DNA of 18,994 nt from Octopus sinensis (GCF_006345805.1 NW_021824362.1:1-18994); one strand, 5' to 3'. Numbered from the stretch's first letter, positions 1 to 10,314 are shown. Notes: generated from the sequence alone by a model not told the origin. Program-made: numbers and translations.

Positions 1-204
1 AAACTCGGTCTCTCCTATAGTAAGCGCAAAACATGACCAAACAGTTTCCATAGTTTAGCTGTGGTTTCTAGCAGCTCGTTTTGGTTAAGTCTTCTGATGA
101 AAACCTCACAAAACATCACAAATAAATAAATGATAGACAAAATAAATAACATACTTAACGAAATTAAATTTCAAGACTGTGAGACATTAAATTTTTTTTT
201 ATAA

Positions 205-343
205 GCGCAGGAGTAGCTTGGTTAAGGGTTTAGTCCCACTTTGTGGTACCGTGGGCAAGTGTCTCCTACTATAGCCTCAGGTCGACCAAAGCCTTGGGAG
301 TGGATTTGGTAGACGGAAACTAGAAGAAACTCGTCGTGTATAT
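205..343 (+). mobile_element. SINE type A, head module only (tRNA-derived head with internal deletion, ends CGTCGTGTATATA)
   Basis: Aligns by eye to the copy at 4826-4990 (GGGCAAGTGTCT.CTA.TATAGC...GAGTGGATTTGGTAGACG.AAACT). Confidence 0.85.
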
Positions 344-344
344 A

Positions 345-521
345 GACGACGTATGAGGGCTCGACAGTTTCCTACCGAACAACGACACTGATGCTTTGTT
401 TATAGAGATCAACTGTTTGTGTAGACATAAGCTCACACAACGCAACGCCCGGCCCGGGAGTTGAACCCACGATCTCGCAATCATGAGTGCAACACTCTAA
501 CCACTAAGCCATGCACCTTCA
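345..521 (-). mobile_element. tRNA-derived SINE (type B), tail-to-tail with the type A head
   Basis: Minus strand reads GGTGCATGGCTTAGTGGTTAGAG (A-box)...GGTTCAACTCCC (B-box), then GGGCGTTGCGT as in the 6789-7107 element. No tRNA acceptor-stem closure. Confidence 0.8.
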
Positions 522-526
522 TATAA

Positions 527-554
527 TACATACATACATACATACATACATACA

Positions 555-585
<31 letters not shown>

Positions 586-601
586 GTATGTATGTATGTA
601 T
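527..601. repeat. (TACA)n switching to its complement (TATG)n
   Basis: Direct reading; junction CATATG at 581-586. Confidence 0.95.
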
Positions 602-660
602 TTGTGTGCCTGTGTTTGTTGTGCGTGTGTACATATATATATATATACATATATATACAT

Positions 661-690
661 AGAGAGAGAGAGGGAGAGAGAGAGAGAGAA
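661..690. repeat. (AG)n microsatellite
   Basis: Direct reading. Confidence 0.95.
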
Positions 691-1037
691 AGAAAGAAAT
701 GTATATATAGACATGCATATATACACATATAATCTCCTCCCCCATTCACCGTTCGCTTTCTCTCCCTCTCTCTCCCTCATTCTTCCTCCTTGACTCTCTC
801 GTTGCTCACACGTGACCAGCAGCTATTTTTCTTTCTTCTTGCTTTACAAGAGACAAAACACAATTTTGCTTGTCTCCTGTCAAAGCTCGTTTCTCCAGCG
901 TTCACCACTTCACCTCGTGATAGCTTAACAGCCCTTTTTTACTGTTTTGTTCTCACTGTGCTGTTTTTGTTACCACTTTAACCCTCCACAAATCCAAAAT
1001 TTCATTTAATTTGCTTTGCAGGAACGATTGTTTTAAT

Positions 1038-1102
1038 GAAGTCGCGTCTTGTCCCAACGTTTGAACGCGGAGTAGATAGAACAGGGGACAACTGATGAAG
1101 GG
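1038..1102 (+). other. Degenerate hammerhead-like motif (possible Penelope-type terminal repeat relic)
   Basis: GAAG-TCGC-GTC at 1038-1048, perfect 7-bp stem TTGTCCC (1049-1055)/GGGACAA (1085-1091), then CTGATGA (1092-1098). Stem II is not recoverable. Confidence 0.35.
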
Positions 1103-1319
1103 ATTGTTCTTTATGTTGCCTCTCTCGCTTCTTTATTTGTTTCTCTCGTTGTTCAAAAAAAGTTAATTTTCCATCTTTTTGTTTTTTTTAATGTTCTCGT
1201 TTTCCATTTTGTTCACTTAATTTTGACGTCCTGTGCCCATATATGCATGTATATATATACATATATATGTTGGTATGTACATATATGTAAGTATATATGC
1301 ATATATATTATACATATAA

Positions 1320-1323
<4 letters not shown>

Positions 1324-1357
<34 letters not shown>
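1324..1357. repeat. (AG)n microsatellite
   Basis: Direct reading. Confidence 0.95.
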
Positions 1358-1363
<6 letters not shown>

Positions 1364-1466
1364 AGGGGAGAAATAGATAGATACGTATACTTGTATGTGT
1401 AAACTTTCCCTATATATATGCATAGATATATATACATATACGCATACATAAAATGTCTATATTCTT

Positions 1467-1582
1467 ATGTGTGTGTGTATGCGTGTGTGTGTGTATGCGT
1501 GTGTGTGTATGCGTGTGTGTGTGTGTGTGTATGCGTGTGTGTGTATGCGTGTGTGTGTGTGTGTATGCGTGTGTGTGTGTGT
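1467..1582. repeat. (TG)n with recurring TATGCG interruptions (higher-order microsatellite)
   Basis: Direct reading. Confidence 0.9.
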
Positions 1583-1698
1583 ATTTAAAATATAAACACA
1601 CTCCCAAACACACATATGCAATAGGAATGCGAAAAGAGAGCGATACAGATTTAGTCCATACATTATATGTGCACGTACAACCTTGTATATGTGATTGT

Positions 1699-2022
1699 AA
1701 GCGCATGGGTCAGTGATTAGGGTAATCGGCTGTCGTTCTGAAGGTCGTGAGTTCGATTCCCGGCGGCACGTTGTGTCCTTGAGCAAGACGCTTTATTTCA
1801 CATTGGTCCAGTCCACTCAGCGGGCAAAAATGTGTTGTACCTGTAATTCAAAGGGCCAGCCTTGTTACATTCTGTGTCACGCTGAATCTCCCCGAGAACT
1901 AGGTTAAGGATGCGCGTGCCTACGGGGGGTGGGATCAGCCACTTGCACGTTAATTGCATGGGCAGGTTGTCTCGTTGTTCTGATTAACTAGAATCCTCGT
2001 CGTCGTAAGCGACGGAGTGCCA
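1699..2022 (+). mobile_element. tRNA-derived SINE (type C), near full length
   Basis: A-box-like TGGGTCAGTGA, B-box GAGTTCGATTCCC, then CCTTGAGCAAGACGCTTTATTTCAC. The 3' half matches 13829-13973. Confidence 0.85.
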
Positions 2023-2029
2023 GTTAGTC

Positions 2030-2030
<1 letters not shown>

Positions 2031-2095
<65 letters not shown>

Positions 2096-2158
2096 GATGG
2101 ACATATAGATAGATAGATAGATAGATGATAAATAGATAGATAGATGGATGGACATATG

Positions 2159-2199
<41 letters not shown>

Positions 2200-2228
2200 T
2201 AGAGAGAGAGAGAGAGAGAGAGAGATAT
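2031..2228. repeat. Compound (AT)n(AG)n(GATA/GGAT)n microsatellite
   Basis: Direct reading; GATGGATGGACATAT recurs at 2092 and 2143. Confidence 0.95.
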
Positions 2229-2277
2229 AGTCATAGATATTTAAAGAAATATGTCTGCCTGTATATGTAATATATAG

Positions 2278-2309
<32 letters not shown>

Positions 2310-2390
2310 ATATATTGAAGTAGATAAATGAATTCTCTTATCACGGATTATTCAAGTGATAACCGATACCTGGGTAGCAAAAATCACAAC

Positions 2391-2393
<3 letters not shown>

Positions 2394-2423
<30 letters not shown>

Positions 2424-2463
2424 TGTATGTATGTATGTATGTATGTATGTATGTATGTATGTA
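2394..2463. repeat. (TATG)n microsatellite
   Basis: Direct reading. Confidence 0.95.
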
Positions 2464-3103
2464 TTCGAGTAGACTTTGTCGGTTATTTCCAATATTCAAT
2501 GACAATTTATTTGAGACGTTAGTGTAAAATGGTATAGCATGCTTTCTTTTCTAAAATATTTCAATTGTGGAAACAACTCTCCAACACTAGTAACAAACGA
2601 GATGAATAACAATGAAACACATTATGTCACACACCAACAACAGGTGGGATAAGCTTCTCTGGTTTCTATAATAATGATAAATATCATTTGATCCGCGTAA
2701 AGCAAAACACCTACATCTGTTAAACGATTTGGCAAAGGAGAGTATGCGACAAGTGTGTGTATGTGTGTGTGTGTGTATATGCAAGGCAAATGCGTGCATC
2801 TTTGTAAGTATGTTGTCTGTGTATGTATTTATATTTGCGTGGGAGCTTCTATGTAAGTATGAGTAGGTGTGACTCGAGAGTTTCAACGATAGACGCTGCA
2901 AAAGGTTAATTAAATAACCCAACCCACGACAAAATAATAGCAGTTTCTTGAAGAGGTCGGAATTTTATAGTGTGGCACGTATATAGATATTCTCTTTACC
3001 AATTACAACCTCTCCCACTTTTATTTCTTGCCGCCATCTTTAAATATGCCTTTATCTATCTACATGTATATAGGCATGTATGCACTTGTTTCTCCGCCCA
3101 CTT

Positions 3104-3111
3104 CTATCTAA

Positions 3112-3175
<64 letters not shown>

Positions 3176-3210
3176 TTGTCTATCTATGTATCTATCTATC
3201 TATCTATCTA

Positions 3211-3271
<61 letters not shown>

Positions 3272-3312
3272 GTCTATTTATCTATCTATCTATCTATCTA
3301 TCCTATCTATCC

Positions 3313-3368
<56 letters not shown>

Positions 3369-3398
3369 GTCTGTCTGTCTATCTATATATCTATATCT
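3104..3398. repeat. Long (TATC)n microsatellite, ~295 bp
   Basis: Direct reading; source of the IYLS-repeat ORFs. Confidence 0.95.
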
Positions 3399-3548
3399 AC
3401 ACACACGTGGGTGTGCTGAGCGGTTCCTGGCGTCAGGTTTTCTGAGTTCTGTAAAAGAACTCGGAAGGTTGGGCCACCAACCAGGCCTTTCGTGACACCC
3501 TTAAAGACAGGTACATTTCAGTACCCCTAGTGTACACACACACACACA

Positions 3549-3592
<44 letters not shown>

Positions 3593-3719
3593 CACACACA
3601 CACACATAAAGGTATGAAAATATGTATGTATATAAATGTATATGTATATAAGTGTATGTGAGGTGGCTGTATGTATTTATACAGAAAGAGAGAGAGAGAG
3701 GGGAAGGCGGGATAAACAT

Positions 3720-3872
3720 GGCTGGCTTCCACCCAGTTTCGTGAACCAAATTCTCTTAGAAGTCACTGATCGGCACAAGGCTATACAAGATGAAAGTTGC
3801 CTAAGGTAACTTGCAATGGGATTGAACACCAATCCACTTGGTTGCAAAGCGTGCTTCTAAACCACATATCCA
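3720..3872 (-). mobile_element. SINE type A head, strongly diverged
   Basis: Colinear with the reverse complement of 4826-4985 (GGCTT...CAGTTTC...ACCAAAT...GGCTATA...TTGCC.AAGGT...TGGGA.TGAAC). Confidence 0.7.
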
Positions 3873-4223
3873 TAACTATGCTTCTATTGTTTCTAATTAA
3901 GATACAAATTTGTCCTCTGTTCATAAGAAAAACCCTGTAAAGTATGAAACGTGGAAATTTTGGTAGCTGGTTCTAAGTCAAACGGCAGCACCTACGTCTT
4001 TAACTAGTGACGTGGTCATATCTTCCCTACTGCTAATGAAATATTGGTTTTTACCGTCGTCAAACGAAACTAATTACTTCTTTTAATTAGTGTGCAACAT
4101 CGTAGAGCAAAAGCTAAGTCCATGCTGAGTCGCAATTTCCAGCCAGATAATGCTTCAACTCACGTCGATAATCTATTTGTAAAACTAATGAACATCACAC
4201 AATATCATTTCTGACCAACTTTT

Positions 4224-4362
4224 ATATATATATATATATATAATATATATTATATATATATATATTATATATATTATAAGTGTGTTTTGTGTGCGAGCAT
4301 TTATTGTTGTACTGTGTGTGATGAAAGAGAGAGAGGGGAGGTACCAGAAACTGAGTTATTAG

Positions 4363-4396
<34 letters not shown>

Positions 4397-4413
4397 ATAT
4401 ATATATATATATA

Positions 4414-4445
<32 letters not shown>

Positions 4446-4482
4446 ATATGTATGTATGTATTATGTATGTGTATGTATGTAT
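4224..4482. repeat. Two (TA)n/(TATG)n tracts (4224-4280 and 4363-4482)
   Basis: Direct reading. Confidence 0.9.
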
Positions 4483-4825
4483 ATTATTGTAATATCGATG
4501 CCAAGCAGTGTTTAGGCAAAGGTAAACTTTAGGTTAGATGAAGTATGTTTCTGACATTTTAATTGCTAGAAGGCAAAGTCGCTGCGGTCAACGCAGAGGA
4601 AAATTCTCTTATGGTAAAAAGGTGTAAAAACACATCTGTCCAGTGTGTCTGTTAGAATTCCTATACATCGATGTTTCGAGCCTTTTAGAAAGATTGATGC
4701 CTGGGAATCCTATAGGTAACTGTGGCGAATTTGCATTTTAGCAGTCGAAATATACCACAAACATATTTAACTAACATAAACATTTCTCTCTCTCTCTTTC
4801 TGTGTATATATATGTATATATATAT

Positions 4826-5216
4826 AGGAGTGGCTGTGTTGTAAGTAGCTTGCTTACGAACCACATGGTTCCGGGTTCAGTCCCACTGCGTGGCACCTGG
4901 GCAAGTGTCTTCTAGTATAGCTTCGAGCCGACTAAAGCTTTGTGAGTGGATTTGGTAGACGTAAACTGAAAAAAGCCCGTCGTATATATGTATAGATTTG
5001 TGTGTGTGTTTGAATGTTGTATGTTTGTCTCCCCAATATCGATTGACAACCGATGCTGGTGTGTTTACGTCCCCATAACTTAGCGGTTCGGCAAAAGAGA
5101 CAGATAGAATAAGTACTAGGCTTACAAAGAATAAGTCCTGGAGTAGCTTTGCTCGACCAAAGGCGGTGTCCAGCATGGCCACAGTCAAATGAGTGAAACA
5201 AGTAAAAGAGTAAAAG
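4826..5216 (+). mobile_element. SINE type A, full length: tRNA-derived head, TA/TG linker and 3' module
   Basis: GGAGTGGCTGTGTTGTAAG (A-box-like), GGGTTCAGTCCC (B-box-like), linker after CCCGTCGTATATA, and 3' end CCAGCATGGCCACAGTC...GAAACAAGTAAAAGAGTAAAAG. Homologues at 5486-5854 and 7902-8348. Confidence 0.9.
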
Positions 5217-5288
5217 CGTATATATATACACGGTGATTGACAATATTTAGTGCAAAAACACAACATACGTGTGAGTTTTGTAAAAATA

Positions 5289-5412
5289 CAGATCTAACAT
5301 GAAAGGTTAACTCTTCTACTTTCTACCGACAGTCAGATATTGAATGTGGGCGCCCTTTACCTTACGGCAGACGTCTACATGATGGTCTAGTTAACCTTTC
5401 ATTTTACATCTG
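5289..5412. mobile_element. MITE, Tc1/mariner-like (124 bp, TA target duplication)
   Basis: Arm 5287-5312 matches the reverse complement of 5389-5414 at 24/26 positions. Ends read TA|CAGAT...ATCTG|TA. Confidence 0.7.
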
Positions 5413-5485
5413 TAGTTTTGTAATATGTTCATTACAAGACTTACAGGTGCATTATCTTGTTGTATCATTCATTCTGAATTGCTCT

Positions 5486-5854
5486 GGCGTGGTGTGGTCA
5501 AATGGTCCGGGTTCAGTTCGATGACGTAGCACCTTGGGCAAGTATCTTCAGCTATAACATCGGGCCGACCAAAAGCTTGTGAGTGTATTTAGTAGACGGT
5601 AACTGAAAGAAGCCCGTCGTGTATATGTATATGCATGCGTGTGTATCTTTGTATCTTTGTATCACACTGCCTAACAACCTGTGTTGGTGTGATCACGTCT
5701 CATAACTTAGCGGTCTAGCAAAGGTAACCGACAAAATAAGTAGTAGTCTCACAAAGAAAATAAGTCCTACGGTCGATTTATACGACTAAGAGGCCTTCAA
5801 GGTGGTGCCCCAGCATGGCCACAGTCTAATGAGTGAAACAAGCGAAAGATAAGA
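5486..5854 (+). mobile_element. SINE type A, second near full-length copy (head partly deleted)
   Basis: Colinear with 4826-5216. Confidence 0.85.
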
Positions 5855-6039
5855 TATACATACATACATGTATACATACATATATACAAATCATACATAC
5901 AAATCATACATACATACATAACATGCATATATATATACACACACACATAAATATATATACACATACAAGCCTATATATGTATGCATGTGTGTGCGCGCGT
6001 GTGTGTTTGTGTGCATGTGCATGTGTGTGTGTGTGTGTA

Positions 6040-6178
6040 GGCACGTGATCTACTGGTTAAGGAGCTGCAAAGCACTTCATTTCATGTTGCCCCAGTCCAG
6101 TCTGCTGTAATGAATGACCCATCGATGGACTGGTCCTCGACAATGTCCGCATGTCCGATGAGCCAGGAAAGGAGGGAA
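6040..6178 (+). mobile_element. Degenerate, internally deleted SINE fragment
   Basis: A-box-like TGATCTACTGG. GCAAAGCACTTCATTTCATGTTGCCCCAGTCCA resembles the type C body, and CGATGGACTGG is shared with the 6789-7107 element. Confidence 0.45.
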
Positions 6179-6264
6179 CCATATTGTGACCAGCGATGTA
6201 CAACAACATACGATACAGTGATATATACACATACAAATATATATATATCGTATATACATACATA

Positions 6265-6266
6265 AG

Positions 6267-6299
<33 letters not shown>

Positions 6300-6301
6300 T
6301 A

Positions 6302-6355
<54 letters not shown>

Positions 6356-6421
6356 ATCATGTATAGTGCGTGGTGTCCGTGCGCGTCCATACATAATCTT
6401 ATATGTAAAATGTGTGTATAG

Positions 6422-6466
<45 letters not shown>

Positions 6467-6495
6467 TATATATATATATATATATATACATACAT
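6265..6495. repeat. Two long (TA)n tracts (approx. 6265-6357 and 6424-6495)
   Basis: Direct reading. Confidence 0.9.
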
Positions 6496-6788
6496 ACCTT
6501 TATATGTATCTACATATATTTATATTGTAGACATACATTCAAATATACACATGTGTGTGTGTTTGTATGTGTAGGTTTAGCTGAGCGAACAAGGAAAAGA
6601 GTTTGAATTGGCGCGAGTTCCGTGCATATACGGAACTGTCGACGCTTGAATCACTTCTAGATTCAATTCTATTCTACCAATTGCAAAACTGAAGTACACA
6701 TATATATTCTCATGTATTGACTCCTATTTCTCCTGTTTGTATTACCAAACCGAGACACACACACACACAAGAGCGCGCATACACACCA

Positions 6789-7107
6789 TTCTTCTTTTTT
6801 TCTTTTCGCCCTTTTCAACCCTAGCCAGGCCCATGGGCCTGGTTTCCCGGTTTCTGTGGCGTATGTGTTGCCCCCAGCTGGACGGGACGCCAGTCCATCG
6901 TAGCGTTACTCAAGAAACAGGAAGAGAGAGTGAGAGAAAGTTGTGGCGAAAGAGTACAACAGGGGTCGTCACCACTCACTACCGGAGGGTCGTGGAGCTT
7001 TTAGGTGTTTTCGCTCAATAAACACACGCAACGCCCGGTCTGGGAATCGAAACCGCGATCCTCCGACAGCCAATCCGCTGCCGTAACCAATGGGCCATTG
7101 CGCCTCC
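6789..7107 (-). mobile_element. tRNA-derived SINE, full length and well preserved
   Basis: Minus strand: GGAGGCGCAATGGCCCATTGG (A-box), GGTTTCGATTCCC (B-box; plus coordinates 7042-7054), internal CGATGGACTGGCGTCCCGTCCAG, and an A/G-rich tail at 6789-6806. Confidence 0.85.
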
Positions 7108-7850
7108 CCCATACGCACCATGTACCTGCATATTTGAATAGATATACGCATGTTTGCATATTTGTATATGTGTATGTGTGTATGTGTGTGTAAGTGCACA
7201 TAGCTGTTATGTGTGAAGGTGTATGTTTGTGTGTGTATGAGTGTGTGTATATTTATTTGTGTCCCTGTATCCGGTAACGAAGCACATGCTTACCCGGAAC
7301 ATTGTCATTAATTAATAAAGATATTTTTCATAAGCGGCCCTCAACAAATCTCATAAAAATTACGATATACTTAAAGGCTTCGATATAAATCATAAACAAT
7401 GATAGAATTACAGCACACGTGATCAATAGTTGGTTCATCTGTGTCCATTCGGTATTTATATATATATATATATATAATATACCCACACAAAAACATTCAC
7501 ACTCACACAGAAATGCGATATCTAAGAAATCTAACCATTTTTATATCGATGATTCTAGACTACTTTGCCGGAAAAGTTTAGCTGCTATTTCTAGCCGTTT
7601 GTGCGATCTTATTCCGGTTACATGTGTGCGTGTGTGTCTGTATTTAGTCAAGTGGGTGCACCTAGAATATATTAGTGGCTGGTATTGTTAATATATATCG
7701 TAGCAGGCATTCTAACAATGTAAGCCGTAATTTGTGGCATCGTTCGTGAAATGACAGGTCAGAGGTTCGAAAGCGACCGTGGGTTCGTTGTTACCTTACG
7801 ATATAATTAATGCTTTGGTGTTTGTGAGTGTGTATGGGGGGAGGGGCGCG

Positions 7851-7901
<51 letters not shown>

Positions 7902-7902
<1 letters not shown>

Positions 7903-8109
7903 GTTTCAGTCATTAGACTGCGGCCATGCTGGGGCCTCACTTTGTCAAACATATCGACACCTCTACATATTTGAACTTATTCTGTCGGTCTCTTTTTATA
8001 AATTGTCACATTATGGGAGCGTAAACAAACCAACCTGGATTGTCAAGAACGGCGGGAAGGAGGTATGTTTGACAAACGCTAACATACACATAAATTTGTA
8101 TATGTATAC

Positions 8110-8165
<56 letters not shown>

Positions 8166-8348
8166 TAGATAGATAGATAGATATAGATAGATAGATATAC
8201 GATGGGCTTCCACACAGTTTTCGCTAACAAAATTCATTAACAAGACATTGGTCGGCTCGAGACCACAAAAGAAGACACGTGACACATACCCATGTTGCTA
8301 CGCAGTAGGACTGAACGCAAAACCCTAGTGTTGCAAAATGTGCGCCAC
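7902..8348 (-). mobile_element. SINE type A, full-length diverged copy with expanded internal microsatellite
   Basis: 3' module at 7902-8062, linker containing (TA)n(GATA)n at approx. 8063-8199, and head at approx. 8200-8348, all colinear with the reverse complement of 4826-5216. Confidence 0.75.
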
Positions 8349-8352
8349 GTAC

Positions 8353-8395
<43 letters not shown>

Positions 8396-8766
8396 CATAT
8401 ATGCGCGCGTTTGTAAGTGTGTTGAGACACATGTTTATATAAATCTCTGTTATAATCCCATGCTACTTTCAATTTCGAAATTCACCGAACACATGCGGTG
8501 TTCAAACAAAGATCATTTAATGTTATGATTATTGTTTTGTTTAGCCCTAGGACAGTCATGATGGAGCAGGCAAAGCACAAAGGTATTTTAGCCACGACTA
8601 TACGGTTTTTGGGTGGGGTGTGGGGGGTTACGTTTTCTTTTTAAGACGTGAAATGTGATATAACGAAGATGTGGCTACTTTTTCTAACATTTCGATTGAA
8701 ATTTTACGTTGTCTCATATAAAATACTAAGATACCAAGTTGCTTTGGTTTTGTGAGTGATTTATGC

Positions 8767-8767
<1 letters not shown>

Positions 8768-8821
<54 letters not shown>

Positions 8822-8858
8822 TATAGACATACATAATATAGTTAGTTAGTTAGTTAGT

Positions 8859-8945
<87 letters not shown>
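8768..8945. repeat. Compound (TG)n,(GTTA)n,(GATA)n microsatellite
   Basis: Direct reading. Confidence 0.95.
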
Positions 8946-8946
<1 letters not shown>

Positions 8947-9041
8947 ATTATGTTAGGAAAAATATATAAGAAAGAAGAAGAAAAAGGGCAACGGACAACT
9001 ACGCTACGTTTTAATTATCTGAAAAGAATGGACAGCTATTA
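8946..9041 (+). repeat. Diverged direct repeat, copy 1 (copy 2 at 9917-10034)
   Basis: Both copies start AATTATGTTAG, contain TATATAAGAAAGAAG and CGGACAACTA, and end ATGGACAGCTATTA. A 22-bp segment is present only in copy 2. Confidence 0.85.
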
Positions 9042-9525
9042 GGGGAAAATTTACGAAACCTCGTAGAATACGAAAAAAGTGATGAAATCGAAAAGTGGGT
9101 AACAAAGATGAAAAATGTTCTCAGAGTGAAATTGGCAAACTCAGAAGGTAAGAAGGACGTGCAATTGGATAGAGAAAGAGGGAAAGAGATTAGTAGAACT
9201 GTTTGGAAAAAAAAAAAGAGTTGTAATATCACCACTTCAGTTTAGATACAACGAGTTGCCGCCTGTTGTAATTTTCGACGATCCTATGCAATATTTGTTG
9301 TAATTGTGTGTTTAAAAAACAAAACAAAATAAAAAAAAGATACATGACTGTAAAGTAAACTGTATTTTAAAAGAACAGTAAAATGAATCTGCTTGCTTTG
9401 GAAGGCGAGTTTTTATCAGCCGTAGTCCGTTCGATATGTGTTTTATATGTACACCAATGTCTTGTTTTGTCTGTCCTTGTGGTGTCCCCTCTTTATGAAG
9501 GCCATGTGCCTAAATAAAAGCAATC

Positions 9526-9906
9526 GAGCTGGCAGACACGTTTAGCACACTGGGAGAAATGCTTAGCAATATTTCGTCTGAGTTCAAATTCCGCCGAGGT
9601 CGACTTTGCCTTTCATACTTTCGTGGTCGATTAAATAAGTACCAGTTACGCACTGGGATCGATATAATCGACTTAATCCGTTTGTCTGTCCTTGTTTGTC
9701 CTCTTTATGTTTATCCCCTTGTGGGTAGTAAAGAAATAGCTATTTCGTCTGTCTTTATGTTCTGACTTCAAATTCCGCCGAAGTCGACTTTGCCTTTCAT
9801 CCTTTCAGAATCGATACATTAAGTACCATTTGCGTACTAGGGTCGATATAATCGACTGGCTCCTTCCCGAAAAATGTCGGGCCTTGTGCCTAGAGTAGAA
9901 AGGAAT
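9526..9906 (+). mobile_element. SINE type D, head-to-tail dimer
   Basis: GAGCTGGCAGA head; B-box-like GAGTTCAAATTCC at 9580-9592, repeated at 9764-9776 (184-bp period); AAGTACCA...GTCGAT.TAATCGACT body; GGCCTTGTGCCTA tail. Confidence 0.85.
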
Positions 9907-10046
9907 GCCTTCTTCCAATTATGTTAGTAAAACTATATAAGAAAGAAGGCGAAAAGGACAGCGGACAACTATGAGTTGAAAGATTTAAGTCTACGCTAAG
10001 TTTAGGTTAACCTGAAAGAAATGGACAGCTATTATTAACAAACTTG

Positions 10047-10314
10047 AATGACCAGTTACGCACTGGGGTCGATATAATCGACTTAATCCGTTTGTCTGTC
10101 CTTGTTTGTTCCCTCTGTGTTTAGCCCCTTGTGGGTAGTAAAGAAATAGGTATTTCGTCTGTCTTTATGTTCTGAGTTCAAATTCCACCGAGGTTGACTT
10201 TGCCCTTCATCCTTTCGAGATCGATAAAATAAGTACCAGTTGAACACTGGGGTCGATGTAATTGACTCATCCCCTCCTCCAAAACTGTTGCCCCGGTGGC
10301 AAAATTTAAAACCA
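10047..10314 (+). mobile_element. SINE type D, 5'-truncated dimer
   Basis: Highly similar to 9640-9860; ends GGTGGCAAAATTTAAAACCA. Confidence 0.85.

Noticed and set aside
94-100. CTGATGA (also at 10675-10681)
   Set aside because: No helix I or helix II can be built around either occurrence.
440-521. tRNA-like sequences (also 1699-1765 and 7040-7107)
   Set aside because: A and B boxes are present but there is no acceptor stem or clean cloverleaf, and each continues into a SINE body. They are not tRNA genes.
825-851. Strong polypyrimidine tract and AG (also TTTTCCACTTCTCACACAG near 11640-11658)
   Set aside because: No downstream donor or protein-like frame supports an exon.
481-3749. Track ORFs rich in YI/HT/CV/IYLS repeats (also throughout the window)
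   Set aside because: They are translations of stop-free microsatellites, with no domain-like sequence.
4134-4170. Peptide NFQPDNASTHV resembling the Tc1 FQQDNAPxH motif
   Set aside because: Only ~9 residues match, with no other DDE motifs or TIRs nearby; chance is likely.
4877-5266. 129-aa and 103-aa minus-strand ORFs, plus ORFs at 1713-1907, 6737-7021, 9559-9765 and 10083-10442
   Set aside because: They lie largely within SINE copies and are incidental open frames.
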